Shown here: piece by piece, positions 48,227 to 59,023 of the stretch | Layout: each line of letters begins with the position of its first letter | Numbering within the stretch: position 1 is the first letter of the stretch | Origin: Coriobacteriia bacterium | GTDB lineage: Bacteria; Actinomycetota; Coriobacteriia; Anaerosomatales; JAAXUF01 | DNA: 64,000 bases | Direction of reading: 5' to 3' | NCBI GenBank assembly: GCA_038245725.1 | Contig: JBBRSD010000004.1 | Location: forward strand, 26,591 to 90,590 | The notes under the pieces: generated by a model | What the model was told of the DNA's origin: nothing | Databases searched by the model: none | The model's input: the letters and a program-made list of their open reading frames with translations, nothing else | Position numbers and translations under genes: made by a program

Positions 48227-50085
48227 TGGCCTGGATGCTGAACGCCGCATGGATCGCAGTCGCGGTGCCCTTCGCGCTCGCACTCATCGTGGTCGCTATC
48301 GGCGCCTTCTCCAGGCCGCTTTCGGCCGTGGTTGCCGCGATGGGGCCGACGCTCGTGATCGCTCTTGGAGTCGCGGCGCTGCGCGTCGTCTCTGTAACCG
48401 GGGCCCCGGTGAGGCCATGGACGAGTTCGCTCGCGGCTCACGGCTCCGCCGATTGGTTTGCGGCTGGAGGGCGCGCAATCGAGATCGGCTGGGCGGTCGA
48501 TTCACTCAGCGCGATGATGCTGCTGGTTGTGGGGGTCGTCGCGCTCATGGTGATGGTCTTCTCGGCGGGGTATATGCGCGGCGATCCGGGATGGTCGCGG
48601 TATTTCGCGCTGCTGTCGGCGTTCACCGGGTCGATGGCTCTGCTCGTCATCGGGGACTCGTTCATCTCCCTGTTCATCGGCTGGGAGCTTGTGGGCGCGT
48701 GCAGCTACCTGCTCATCGGATTCTGGTACGAGAAGCCATCCGCCGCGCAAGCCGCGGTCAAAGCCTTTCTCACTACGCGGATAGGCGATGTGGGACTCTT
48801 GCTTGGGATCGTCTTGTTGGGTACGGCGACAGGTTCGCTTTCCTATGCGGGCGTCATAGGTAACCTCGGGGTGATGTCGTCGTCTGCGATCACGCTTGCG
48901 GCGGTTCTTCTCGCCGCAGGCGCCATCGGGAAATCGGCGCAGTTCCCACTTCACATCTGGCTGCCCGATGCGATGGAGGGTCCGACCCCGGTCTCGGCGC
49001 TCATCCACGCCGCAACGATGGTCGCAGCGGGCGTCTACCTGGTCGTGCGCGTGTGGCCGATCTTCGAGGCGGCGCCCGTTGCGCGAACGGTGCTCCTGAG
49101 CGTCGGCGTCGTGTCGGCACTGGGAGCCGCGCTCATCGCGCTGACTCAACGCGATATCAAGCGGGTGCTCGCATACTCGACGATCAGCCAGCTGGGTTTC
49201 ATGTTCGCGGCGCTCGGAGTGGGCGCGTGGAACGTCGCCTTCTTCCACCTCGTGACCCACGCCGCGTTCAAAGCGCTCCTGTTCCTGGCGGCGGGCAGCG
49301 TCATTCACGGTTCGGGTACGCAGGACTTGCGCGAGATGGGGGGACTGCGCACCTCGATGCCGGTCACCTTCGGCGCGTGGCTCGTCGGAGCCGGCGCTCT
49401 GATCGGCTTACCTCCGCTGGCCGGCTTCATGAGCAAGGACGCCGTTCTCGACGCGGTTTGGATCCACAATCCGGTCGCCGGCATCGCGCTCTTTGCAGCC
49501 ACCGCGCTGACCGGCTTCTACACCGTGCGCACTACCAAACTCGCGTTCTTCGGCGGTTCCCGAGGCGAACGCCACGTCCATGAGAGTCCACTGTCGATGC
49601 TAATCCCTATTGTCATACTCGCCGTTCCCGCTGGCGCGCTTGGTCTGGCCAGTTCCTCTGTCGCCGAGAAGCTCGGGCAGCATCCGGTCGGGCTCTCTGT
49701 GCCGGTCAGCGGCATCGCGGCGCTGCTTGCGCTAGCGGGCGGCATGATCGGCTGGAGCGACGCGCTACAAGACCGCCGAGGAGTCGCGCCGTCAGGGACC
49801 GCCGGGCGGGTGTGGGGACTCATCCGCACGGGGTTCGGCTACGACGCGGCGATTGAGAAGCTGGTGGTCGCCCCGACGGTCGCGGCGTGCCGCGCGACAT
49901 GGGCCATCGTTGACCGATTCGTCATCGATGGCGCTGTCGAAGGATCGGGCCTTGCGACGAAGTGGCTAGGCGGGCTCGTGTCACGCGCCCAAAGCGGCGA
50001 TGGTCAGGGTTACGCCGCATTCACCGCCCTTGGGATGGTCGTACTACTTGCGACGCTCGTCTTGGTTGGGCGGTGGGTGGGGTGA
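48226..50085 (+). CDS. nuoL: Complex I subunit L
   Basis: GWELVG..SYLLIGFW, GKSAQFPLHIWLPDAMEGPTPVSALIHAATMV, HAAFKALLFL. Confidence 0.96.
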   Translation: MAWMLNAAWIAVAVPFALALIVVAIGAFSRPLSAVVAAMGPTLVIALGVAALRVVSVTGAPVRPWTSSLAAHGSADWFAAGGRAIEIGWAVDSLSAMMLLVVGVVALMVMVFSAGYMRGDPGWSRYFALLSAFTGSMALLVIGDSFISLFIGWELVGACSYLLIGFWYEKPSAAQAAVKAFLTTRIGDVGLLLGIVLLGTATGSLSYAGVIGNLGVMSSSAITLAAVLLAAGAIGKSAQFPLHIWLPDAMEGPTPVSALIHAATMVAAGVYLVVRVWPIFEAAPVARTVLLSVGVVSALGAALIALTQRDIKRVLAYSTISQLGFMFAALGVGAWNVAFFHLVTHAAFKALLFLAAGSVIHGSGTQDLREMGGLRTSMPVTFGAWLVGAGALIGLPPLAGFMSKDAVLDAVWIHNPVAGIALFAATALTGFYTVRTTKLAFFGGSRGERHVHESPLSMLIPIVILAVPAGALGLASSSVAEKLGQHPVGLSVPVSGIAALLALAGGMIGWSDALQDRRGVAPSGTAGRVWGLIRTGFGYDAAIEKLVVAPTVAACRATWAIVDRFVIDGAVEGSGLATKWLGGLVSRAQSGDGQGYAAFTALGMVVLLATLVLVGRWVG

Positions 50086-51527
50086 TCCGCCTTGACCTCA
50101 TGATCCTCGTCCCGGCCATGCTTGCCGTCGCCTCCATCCTGGTCGGACGGCTTGAAGACACGCTCCCGCGCTGGGTTGCTCTGACGGGGGTTCTGGCGCA
50201 GGGTGCGCTGATTCTCAGCCTCGCTGGCACGGGGGTCCTGCGCGGCGTGCGCGTTCTCGGGGTGGATGGCTCAATCACCAGGGGAGTGTGGCAGTCAGTC
50301 ATCGACGGACTCTCTCTGCCACTCGTTCTTCTCACGGTGTTCATCGGACTCGCCGCCGTGGTGGTCTCGTGGAGTCTCTCCGAGCGAACCGGCACCTACT
50401 TCGGCCTGCTCCTGACCTTGCAGGCTGCGATGACCGCAGTGTTCCTTGCCGACAGCATCCTGATGTTCTATATCGCCTGGGAGTGCGTCCTGATCCCCAT
50501 GTACTTCCTGATCGGGGGCTGGGGCTCTTCGAATCGCAGGCATGCCGCTACCAAGTTCCTGATCTACACCTTCGCGGCAGGTGGCGTCATGTTGCTGGGG
50601 ATTATCTTCCTGTTGGTCCAGAGTTCCGGCACCACGTCCATTTCGACGATGGTCGCGAGGCATGGCCAGATGGCGGTGCCGCCATTGGTGTACTGGCTGC
50701 TCATGATCGGCTTTCTCGTGAAGGTTCCGGTCGTTCCGTTCCATACATGGCTACCGGACGCGCACACCGAGGCTCCGACCGCAGGGTCGATCATTCTGGC
50801 GGGGATCCTGCTCAAGATGGGGGGCTACGGGATCCTGCGCATCGCGATGCCCATCGCCCCCGAGGCGTTCGTTCAAGGTCGCGGGATCCTTGCCGCCCTC
50901 GGCATCATCGGCATCGTCTACGGAGCGGCGATGGCACTGGTGCAGTCTGATCTCAAGCGCCTCGTCGCGTACTCTTCCGTGTCTCACATGGGATTCGTCA
51001 TCCTAGCGATCGCGGCGGCGACCCCGGACTCCATCGGCGCAGCGATGCTCGCCATGGTGAGCCACGGGCTCGTCGCCGGCTTGCTCTTCCTGCTGGTCGG
51101 GGCGGTGTACGAGCGCACGCAGACCCGGGAACTCAGCGGTCTGGGAGGGCTCGGTCGCGCGATGCCCGTCTGGAGTGCCGCGTTCGTCTTTGCGGCTCTT
51201 GCTTCGCTCGGGCTGCCCGGCCTCTCGGGTTTCCCCGGCGAGTTCGTGACGTTCCTGGCGGGCGTCGCGCGATTCGGATGGTGGATCGCCGTCGCCGCTT
51301 TCGGCTTGGTGTTGGCTGCCGCGTACAACTTGCGTGCCGTGCGCGCTTCGGTCCAGGGACCCGCACGTCATACGGGAACACTTTCGGATCTGGGCACTCG
51401 TGAGATCTCCCTGGTCACGGCCTTTTCGGTGGCGATTGTGCTTCTCGGCGTCCAGCCCGTCTTGTTGCTGCGCGCAGCCGAGCATGCGTTCGTCGCGCTC
51501 GCCGCCATCGTGAACGGAGGGTTGTGA
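50082..51527 (+). CDS. nuoM: Complex I subunit M
   Basis: WE..LIPMYFLI, PFHTWLPDAHTEAP, LKMGGYG, LGLPGLSGFPGE. Confidence 0.96.
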   Translation: MIRLDLMILVPAMLAVASILVGRLEDTLPRWVALTGVLAQGALILSLAGTGVLRGVRVLGVDGSITRGVWQSVIDGLSLPLVLLTVFIGLAAVVVSWSLSERTGTYFGLLLTLQAAMTAVFLADSILMFYIAWECVLIPMYFLIGGWGSSNRRHAATKFLIYTFAAGGVMLLGIIFLLVQSSGTTSISTMVARHGQMAVPPLVYWLLMIGFLVKVPVVPFHTWLPDAHTEAPTAGSIILAGILLKMGGYGILRIAMPIAPEAFVQGRGILAALGIIGIVYGAAMALVQSDLKRLVAYSSVSHMGFVILAIAAATPDSIGAAMLAMVSHGLVAGLLFLLVGAVYERTQTRELSGLGGLGRAMPVWSAAFVFAALASLGLPGLSGFPGEFVTFLAGVARFGWWIAVAAFGLVLAAAYNLRAVRASVQGPARHTGTLSDLGTREISLVTAFSVAIVLLGVQPVLLLRAAEHAFVALAAIVNGGL

Positions 51528-51528
51528 C

Positions 51529-53004
51529 GTGACCGCAATGGCCACCTTCGTGCTCACGTACTGTGTCACGCTCACCGTCGCTGTCATCGCTCTGGCGTTA
51601 GACGGTTTCGGGCGGGGCCGCAGCGGCTTGGTCGTGACGATTGCGGGGCTGACCGCGAGTGCGGCAGCTGGTCTGGGTGCGGGGGTGATGCGCACAGCGG
51701 GGCAGCACGTCGGTTCGCTGGAAGTGGGCGGACCGGCGTCCATGGTCTACGGCGTCATCGCCTTGGTTGGACTCGCGGCGGTGTTGGGCGGCCTCGAGAA
51801 CTTGGCTGCACGACCTTCCGGTGCGTCAATCGCTGCTCTGATTGCGTTCGGTGTGGCCACCTCGGGCGCTGTTGCTGCCTCAACAGATCTGATCACGCTT
51901 CTGCTGGTGCTGGAATCAACCGCGCTCGTGAGCTACGCACTCGTCTCCGCCGCCGGGACTCCGCGCGCCGGGGAAGCGGCGATCAAGTATTTCGTTCAAG
52001 GTGCGTTGGCCGCCGCACTGCTCCTTTTCGGTGTCGCAGTGTTCGTGGGCGCTTACGTCCCCTCTGGTCGATACGAAGTGCTTGCCGGCGTGCTCGGCTC
52101 GCCCAAGCTTCTATCTGTCGCGCTCGCCGCTACCGGACTCGTGATCGCTTCTCTCGCGTTCAAGATGGCCGCCTTTCCCTTCCACTCGTGGGCGCCGGAT
52201 GCCTACGAAACCGCTCCCCCCGAAGCCGCCGCATTCTTGGCAGCTGGGCCCAAACTTGCCACATTCGCGGCCGCGGCTGTCTTCGTGTCGATCGTCTCTT
52301 ACGGCGCGATCGCTCAGCGCGTCCTGGTTGTGACGGCGATTCTCGCCATTCTGTCGATTGCTGTCGGGTCGGTGGCCGCCTTGCGCCAGCAGGATTATCG
52401 CCGTCTCCTGGCGTATGCGGGAATAGCCCAAGCCGGCTTCGCCCTCATCGCCGTGGCGCTCGCCACACCGCCCCTGGCGGTCTTCTTTGGAGCGACGTAT
52501 GCGCTCGCAGCTGCGGGCACGTTTCTCGCCGCATCAGAATTTCGCAGGCTGCGTCCCGAGTGGAATGGCTCGGTTGCCGGTCTCGCGGGACTCGGGCGCG
52601 AGGCGCCTTTGTTGAGTGGCTCGGTCGCCATTCTCCTGATCTCACTGGCAGGCGTTCCGCCGTTCCTGGGCTTCTGGGGCAAGTTTCTGATCTTCCTTGC
52701 CGGTATCAGCGGCGCACTGCAAAACGGGCGAGGCGCCCCGGTCGCTTCCACGGTCGTCATCATTGCAGTCAGCGCGGGAGTCATCGGTTCCGTTGTCTCG
52801 CTGGGCTTCTACGGCTCGATTCTGCGCACCATCTACTTCGAGAAGACCGCTGGAGTCGCGGGGTCGCTGACAGGGGAGACGCGCGCAGCTATGGGACCCG
52901 CTGGCATCAGCGTCGTCACGCTCGCGGTCGTGGTCGTAGTCCTCGGGCTGCTCCCGTTGGTCATGGGATCGACCGTCATCTACGACCTGTTCGTGGCGCG
53001 ATAG
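51529..53004 (+). CDS. nuoN: Complex I subunit N
   Basis: EAAIKYF, FKMAAFPFHSWAPDAYE, SLAGVPPFLGFWGK. Confidence 0.95.
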   Translation: MTAMATFVLTYCVTLTVAVIALALDGFGRGRSGLVVTIAGLTASAAAGLGAGVMRTAGQHVGSLEVGGPASMVYGVIALVGLAAVLGGLENLAARPSGASIAALIAFGVATSGAVAASTDLITLLLVLESTALVSYALVSAAGTPRAGEAAIKYFVQGALAAALLLFGVAVFVGAYVPSGRYEVLAGVLGSPKLLSVALAATGLVIASLAFKMAAFPFHSWAPDAYETAPPEAAAFLAAGPKLATFAAAAVFVSIVSYGAIAQRVLVVTAILAILSIAVGSVAALRQQDYRRLLAYAGIAQAGFALIAVALATPPLAVFFGATYALAAAGTFLAASEFRRLRPEWNGSVAGLAGLGREAPLLSGSVAILLISLAGVPPFLGFWGKFLIFLAGISGALQNGRGAPVASTVVIIAVSAGVIGSVVSLGFYGSILRTIYFEKTAGVAGSLTGETRAAMGPAGISVVTLAVVVVVLGLLPLVMGSTVIYDLFVAR

Positions 53005-53023
53005 AGGGAGCGTTAGGTACGTG

Positions 53024-53052
53024 TTGCAGGCTGTCTTAAGAGGTGATAATAT
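53024..53052 (+). promoter_or_regulatory. Sigma-70-type promoter
   Basis: TTGCAG, 17 nt, TAATAT with extended TG at 53044-53045. Confidence 0.5.
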
Positions 53053-53057
53053 TCTCT

Positions 53058-53200
53058 ATGAGTTGCATGCGAATGCAACCCCTTACCCCTGAGCCTCAAG
53101 GTGCCGGCCTTGGGGCTCCCCCTATTCTCGGGAGTTTTCAGGCCCGCGCCCAAGCTTCGCAACGTATGTCGGAGGCGAAGTGTGAGCTGGGTCACTCCGC
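53058..53200 (+). ncRNA. Candidate structured RNA of unknown family
   Basis: Consecutive hairpins starting at the predicted TSS (see findings). No match to a family I recognise. Confidence 0.35.
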
Positions 53201-53224
53201 TTTGAATAGTTCTCTTACACGCCT

Positions 53225-53251
53225 TCAGGTCTAGGTCGAAGTGTCCGATAA
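53225..53251 (+). promoter_or_regulatory. Sigma-28 (FliA/WhiG)-like promoter
   Basis: TCAGGTCT-N11-TCCGATAA versus consensus TAAAGTTT-N11-GCCGATAA, 7 nt before ATG 53259. Confidence 0.5.
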
Positions 53252-53258
53252 ACACCGC

Positions 53259-53513
53259 ATGATGATTTCACACGAACAGGCTCGGGCCGCAGCTATCCGC
53301 CTCCAGAATACCGACGACGCGCCGCATCCAAGTAGGCGGCCAGACGTCTCGGACGAGGTGTTCGCGGCCGCCATGGCCGCCGCCCAGAGTGCGCCCGACA
53401 CCAATCTGCAGCGAATGGCCGGGGTGGAGCACTATCGCTCCGGCGGCTGCGCGGACTCGCGCGTCATCGCATCGATGATGATTCAGCGAATCATCTCCGA
53501 CTCACTGCGCTGA
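53259..53513 (+). CDS. FlgM-like anti-sigma-28 factor
   Basis: 84 aa. C-terminal APDT...R.A......G...DSRVIASMMIQRIISDSLR resembles the FlgM C-terminal pattern. Confidence 0.55.
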   Translation: MMISHEQARAAAIRLQNTDDAPHPSRRPDVSDEVFAAAMAAAQSAPDTNLQRMAGVEHYRSGGCADSRVIASMMIQRIISDSLR

Positions 53514-53591
53514 AATCGCCTTCTCGCTGGTAGAACGCGTACTGACGACGCATAATCGTGTCGTCAATCCTTGCGAGCAGTGGAGGCCCGC

Positions 53592-53885
53592 GTGTCCCCG
53601 AGAAGTTCGAGTTCCGTCAGAACGCTTCTGACCATAGCGATGGACGTGCTGATCGTCTGCGCCATCGTTGTCACCCTCCGACTCGTCATCCGGTTCTTCG
53701 GGGCACTGGCGACTGCGGGTTGGGGTAAGGCGATCGTCGCACTCACCAACCCACTCGTCATTCATTTCGGACTCCACGCTATCAAGACCCCATATGGCGG
53801 TGTATTCGATGTCAGTGCAGCACTAATGATCGGCGGGTACCTAATTGTCGAATGGGTGATCTCCGGCGTGCGCAGCCGCGCGTAA
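53592..53885 (+). CDS. Small membrane protein, YggT-like
   Basis: TM...LTNPL...G.FD.S TM pattern. GGAGG before GTG. Confidence 0.6.
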   Translation: MSPRSSSSVRTLLTIAMDVLIVCAIVVTLRLVIRFFGALATAGWGKAIVALTNPLVIHFGLHAIKTPYGGVFDVSAALMIGGYLIVEWVISGVRSRA

Positions 53886-53920
53886 GAAGGCGCCGTAACG
53901 ACTCTTGAGGGAAGGCCCAG

Positions 53921-55597
53921 ATGTACTACGACGCAGAGCGCCTCGGGGAAGTCCTCCTCCGAATAGGCCACATAACTCAGGAGCAGCTCGATGCGGCATT
54001 GAGCGCTCAAGCTACCAACGGAGGTAGGCTGGGGGACGTGTTGCTCCAAGGCGACATCCTGACTGAAGAGCAGGTCTCCAAAGCGCTCGCGATACAGAAG
54101 CATCTCGAACACTTAGAGATCGCCTCGATCGACGTTGACCGGTCCGCGGCATTGCTTCTTCCCACCGGTCTGGCAAAACGCCGGAACGCACTGCCGGTCG
54201 GGTTCGTCGACGGCGAGCTGGTGCTTGCCATGTCGGATCCTCTCGATATCGAGGTGATCGACGAGACGGAACTCCTCACCGGCTACAAGGTTCGGCCGGT
54301 TGTGGCGGCCAGCTCTCAGATCCGAAACGCTATCGACAAGTATCTTGTCGGAACCGATGACTTGCTCGATCTCGAGGCGAAGTACGCCGCCGCGGCCGTC
54401 GAGGCAAATCTTACGGCCGGCACGGACCTCGCCGATTCCTCGGTACCGCTGGTCAGGGTCGTCAATCAACAACTCCGTGACGCGATCGTTCAGGGCGCGA
54501 GCGACGTGCATTTCGAGGCCGAAGAACACGGGACCCGCGTGCGCTTTCGGATCGACGGTGCATTGAGTGATGTCACGGTTCTTCCGAGGAGTTCCCACGC
54601 CGGCCTCGTGAGCCGAATCAAGGTGATGGCCGAAATGAACATCGCCGAACGGCGTTCGCCGCAGGATGGGCGTATCGCGTTTTGGACTGAGACGGGTGTC
54701 GTTGACATGCGAGTCGCGACGCTTCCGACTGTACACGGCGAGAGCGTGGTAGTTCGCCTGCTCAACCTTGAGATCGCTTATCGATCTCTCGACGAACTCC
54801 AGTTGCCTGCCGAAGAGCGCGTCAAGTTGGAGCGAATGCTCGCGAAGCCCTATGGGACGGTTCTCATGGCCGGCCCGACCGGGGCAGGCAAGACCACGAC
54901 GCTGTACGCGCTGCTCCACCAGGTCACCAATAACACCCGCAAGGTCGTCACGATTGAAGATCCAGTCGAGTATCAGATGGCGGGCGTCTCACAGATCGCC
55001 CTCAACCCGCGTGCGGGCCTGACGTTTGCCTCCGGGCTGCGTTCGATCCTGCGATTCGACCCTGACATCGTGATGGTCGGAGAGGTCCGAGATTCGGAGA
55101 CTGCGGCCATCGCCGTTCGCGCGGCGTTGACAGGACACTTCGTCTTGACCTCCATCCACACCAACGACGCTCCGTCCGCTCTGACGCGACTCACAGAGAT
55201 GGGCGTCGAACCGTATATCACCGCTTCGGGACTCGTTGGTGTTGTGTCTCAGCGCCTCGTCCGCGTGCTTTGCCCAAAATGCAAGAAGCCCATCTCGATC
55301 GCGCCGGAGATTCTTGTCGCCGCGGGCTTCTCCGAGGACGAGGCGCACCATGTGGTTACGTACGGCCCGCAGGGCTGCGAGTCATGTCACCGGACCGGAT
55401 ACTCCGGCCGCCTCGCGGTGTTCGAAATCATGGAGATGGACGACGACATCCGCCGCGCCTTCGTCGCTAACGCTTCCTCGGACGACCTGCGCGCCATCGC
55501 GATCCAGAACGGGATGTCGACGCTTCGGCGACACGCGTTGACTCGGGTGAGCGCCGGTCTGACGAGTCTGGAAGAGATCAATCGGATCGTGGTCTGA
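53921..55597 (+). CDS. GspE/PilB-family assembly ATPase with N-terminal MshEN domain
   Basis: Tandem RLG motifs, ASDVH, ERRSPQDGR, GPTGAGKTTT, EDPVE, GEVRD, CPKC/CESC. Confidence 0.93.
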   Translation: MYYDAERLGEVLLRIGHITQEQLDAALSAQATNGGRLGDVLLQGDILTEEQVSKALAIQKHLEHLEIASIDVDRSAALLLPTGLAKRRNALPVGFVDGELVLAMSDPLDIEVIDETELLTGYKVRPVVAASSQIRNAIDKYLVGTDDLLDLEAKYAAAAVEANLTAGTDLADSSVPLVRVVNQQLRDAIVQGASDVHFEAEEHGTRVRFRIDGALSDVTVLPRSSHAGLVSRIKVMAEMNIAERRSPQDGRIAFWTETGVVDMRVATLPTVHGESVVVRLLNLEIAYRSLDELQLPAEERVKLERMLAKPYGTVLMAGPTGAGKTTTLYALLHQVTNNTRKVVTIEDPVEYQMAGVSQIALNPRAGLTFASGLRSILRFDPDIVMVGEVRDSETAAIAVRAALTGHFVLTSIHTNDAPSALTRLTEMGVEPYITASGLVGVVSQRLVRVLCPKCKKPISIAPEILVAAGFSEDEAHHVVTYGPQGCESCHRTGYSGRLAVFEIMEMDDDIRRAFVANASSDDLRAIAIQNGMSTLRRHALTRVSAGLTSLEEINRIVV

Positions 55598-55598
55598 C

Positions 55599-56791
55599 GT
55601 GCCACGTGAGGCGCGGGCAATAGTCGTCGTTCTCGACAGCGTAGGAGCAGGGGAGTTGCCCGACGCCGCCCTCTATGAGGACCAAGGCAGCAACACCCTT
55701 CGAAACACCTCTCACGCGGCCGGCGGGCTTGAAATGCCGAATCTGGGGGGCATGGGACTTGGGAACGTCACAGACATCCTCGGAGTCGCGCCCACGGCAT
55801 CGCCTGTCGCATCGTGGGGCAGGTGCGCCGAGCAATCCGCTGGCAAGGACACCACCACCGGGCACTGGGAGATGATGGGGATCGTGCTCGACCATCCGTT
55901 TCCCACCTATCCCGACGGATTCCCGCCGGCGGTCATGGACGCGTTCACGCGCGAGACCGGCCTTGGATGGTTGGGGAATTACGCGGCGAGCGGCACCGAG
56001 ATCATCCAGGAACTCGGGTCTGAACACGTTGCGACCGGCAAGCCCATCATCTACACGTCGGCGGACAGCGTCTTCCAGATTGCGGCTCACGAGGACGTCA
56101 TGCCCATCGGTGAGCTGTACCGGATCTGCACGATCGCACGCGAGAAGGTGGTCGTAGGTGAGCACGCCGTCGGACGCGTCATCGCACGGCCCTTCATCGG
56201 CCCGGACGAACGCGGGACGTTCACCCGCACGCATCGCCGCCGCGACTTTGCGCTCGAGCCATTCGAGCCGACGGTGCTCGACCGCCTGGTCGAAGCCGGT
56301 TTCATGAGCTACGGCATCGGCAAAATCGGTGAGATCTTCGCGTGGCGAGGAATCTGCGAATCGCCGCACTCTGAGGACAACATGCAGGGCTTCGACAACA
56401 TCGTGAAGCGCGTGTCGTCCCACGACGACAACGGTTTCGTCTTCGCCAACCTCGTGGATTTCGACATGGTCTGGGGGCATCGCAACGACGTCGAGGGCTA
56501 CGCCCGCGGCCTTGAGGCCGTCGACCGACGGATCCCGGAGTTGTTGGATGCGATGATCGAGGGCGACCTGCTCGTGATCACGGCCGACCACGGCTGCGAC
56601 CCCACGACGCCATCGACCGACCACTCGCGTGAATACACCCCTCTGATCGTCCATATCAAGGGTGTCGACCGAGGCGCGCGTCTGGGCACGAGGTCGACCT
56701 TCGCCGACATCGGCCAGACCGTTGCAGACTTCTACGGTATCTCGGGCTCGGACGGGCGAGGCGCCTCGTTCCTCTCGGAGGTGCGAGACGC

Positions 56792-56795
<4 letters not shown>
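55599..56795 (+). CDS. deoB: Phosphopentomutase
   Basis: LDSVG.G..PDA, GKDTTTGHWE, YTSADSVFQ, TADHGCDP, DHSRE. Confidence 0.96.
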
Positions 56796-58102
<1,307 letters not shown>

Positions 58103-58187
58103 TCCGGAGCGCTCCACATCGTCGTCATAGCCCTCAGATATACTGACGCGAGTCCGCATCGACAACTCGCACGGAGGAACCCGCTGA

Positions 58188-58940
58188 ATGCCTGACCTGC
58201 GCCGTATAGACCCGAGATGGCTCGTTCTCGGCGCCATCGCGGTTGTCGCGATCGCGCTGAACCGTGGGCTGTTCGACCCCACTCAGCTTGGGAACCTCGC
58301 GAGAATACCTTTGCGCTTCGCATTGCTCTTCCCGGCCATTATCTTGCATGAGGTGGCCCACGGATACGTGGCGTACCTGCTTGGGGATCCCACCGCGAAG
58401 CGTATGGGACGGCTGACGCTGAACCCGCTCAAGCACATCGACCCGGTCGGCACGATCATCCTGCCGATCACGTTGCTGCTCGTGTCGGGAGGGGCGTTCT
58501 TCTTTGGCTACGCGAAACCGGTGCCATTCAACCCTCGCAACTTCAAGGACGAGCGCACTGGCATGCTGCTCACGGGGATCGCCGGACCCGTCACTAACAT
58601 CCTGCTCGCGCTTGTGTTCGGTCTAGCCTCGCGCCTGTTCCCCTTGCCAGGTGGCGTTTGGGATCCGGGCAGCTTCAACTCCGTTGGGGCGTTCATGCTC
58701 TTCTTCTGCTACGCGAACTTGATGCTCGCCTTCTTCAACCTCGTCCCAGTGCCGCCGCTCGACGGTTCACGGGTACTGCAGTGGATCCTGCCTGACAGCC
58801 TGCGCAACGTGTACCACTCCATCGAGCGGTTCGGGTTCCTCATCCTCATGGGCCTCATCTGGTTCGTCCCGGGCCTCTTCAACGGGTACCTCGACGTGAC
58901 GGTGTGGCCGATCTTCTCGGCGGTGACGGGAATCCGCTAG
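58188..58940 (+). CDS. Site-2 protease family (M50) metallopeptidase
   Basis: HEVAH, AGP, FNLVPVPPLDG. Confidence 0.93.
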   Translation: MPDLRRIDPRWLVLGAIAVVAIALNRGLFDPTQLGNLARIPLRFALLFPAIILHEVAHGYVAYLLGDPTAKRMGRLTLNPLKHIDPVGTIILPITLLLVSGGAFFFGYAKPVPFNPRNFKDERTGMLLTGIAGPVTNILLALVFGLASRLFPLPGGVWDPGSFNSVGAFMLFFCYANLMLAFFNLVPVPPLDGSRVLQWILPDSLRNVYHSIERFGFLILMGLIWFVPGLFNGYLDVTVWPIFSAVTGIR

Positions 58941-59023
58941 GGTTACCCCTCACCGCGCCAGCCGTCTGCGTTATCATGCGGAAGCGTCCTTACGACCCGT
59001 CTTCGCGAGGAGTTCGCCTCAGC

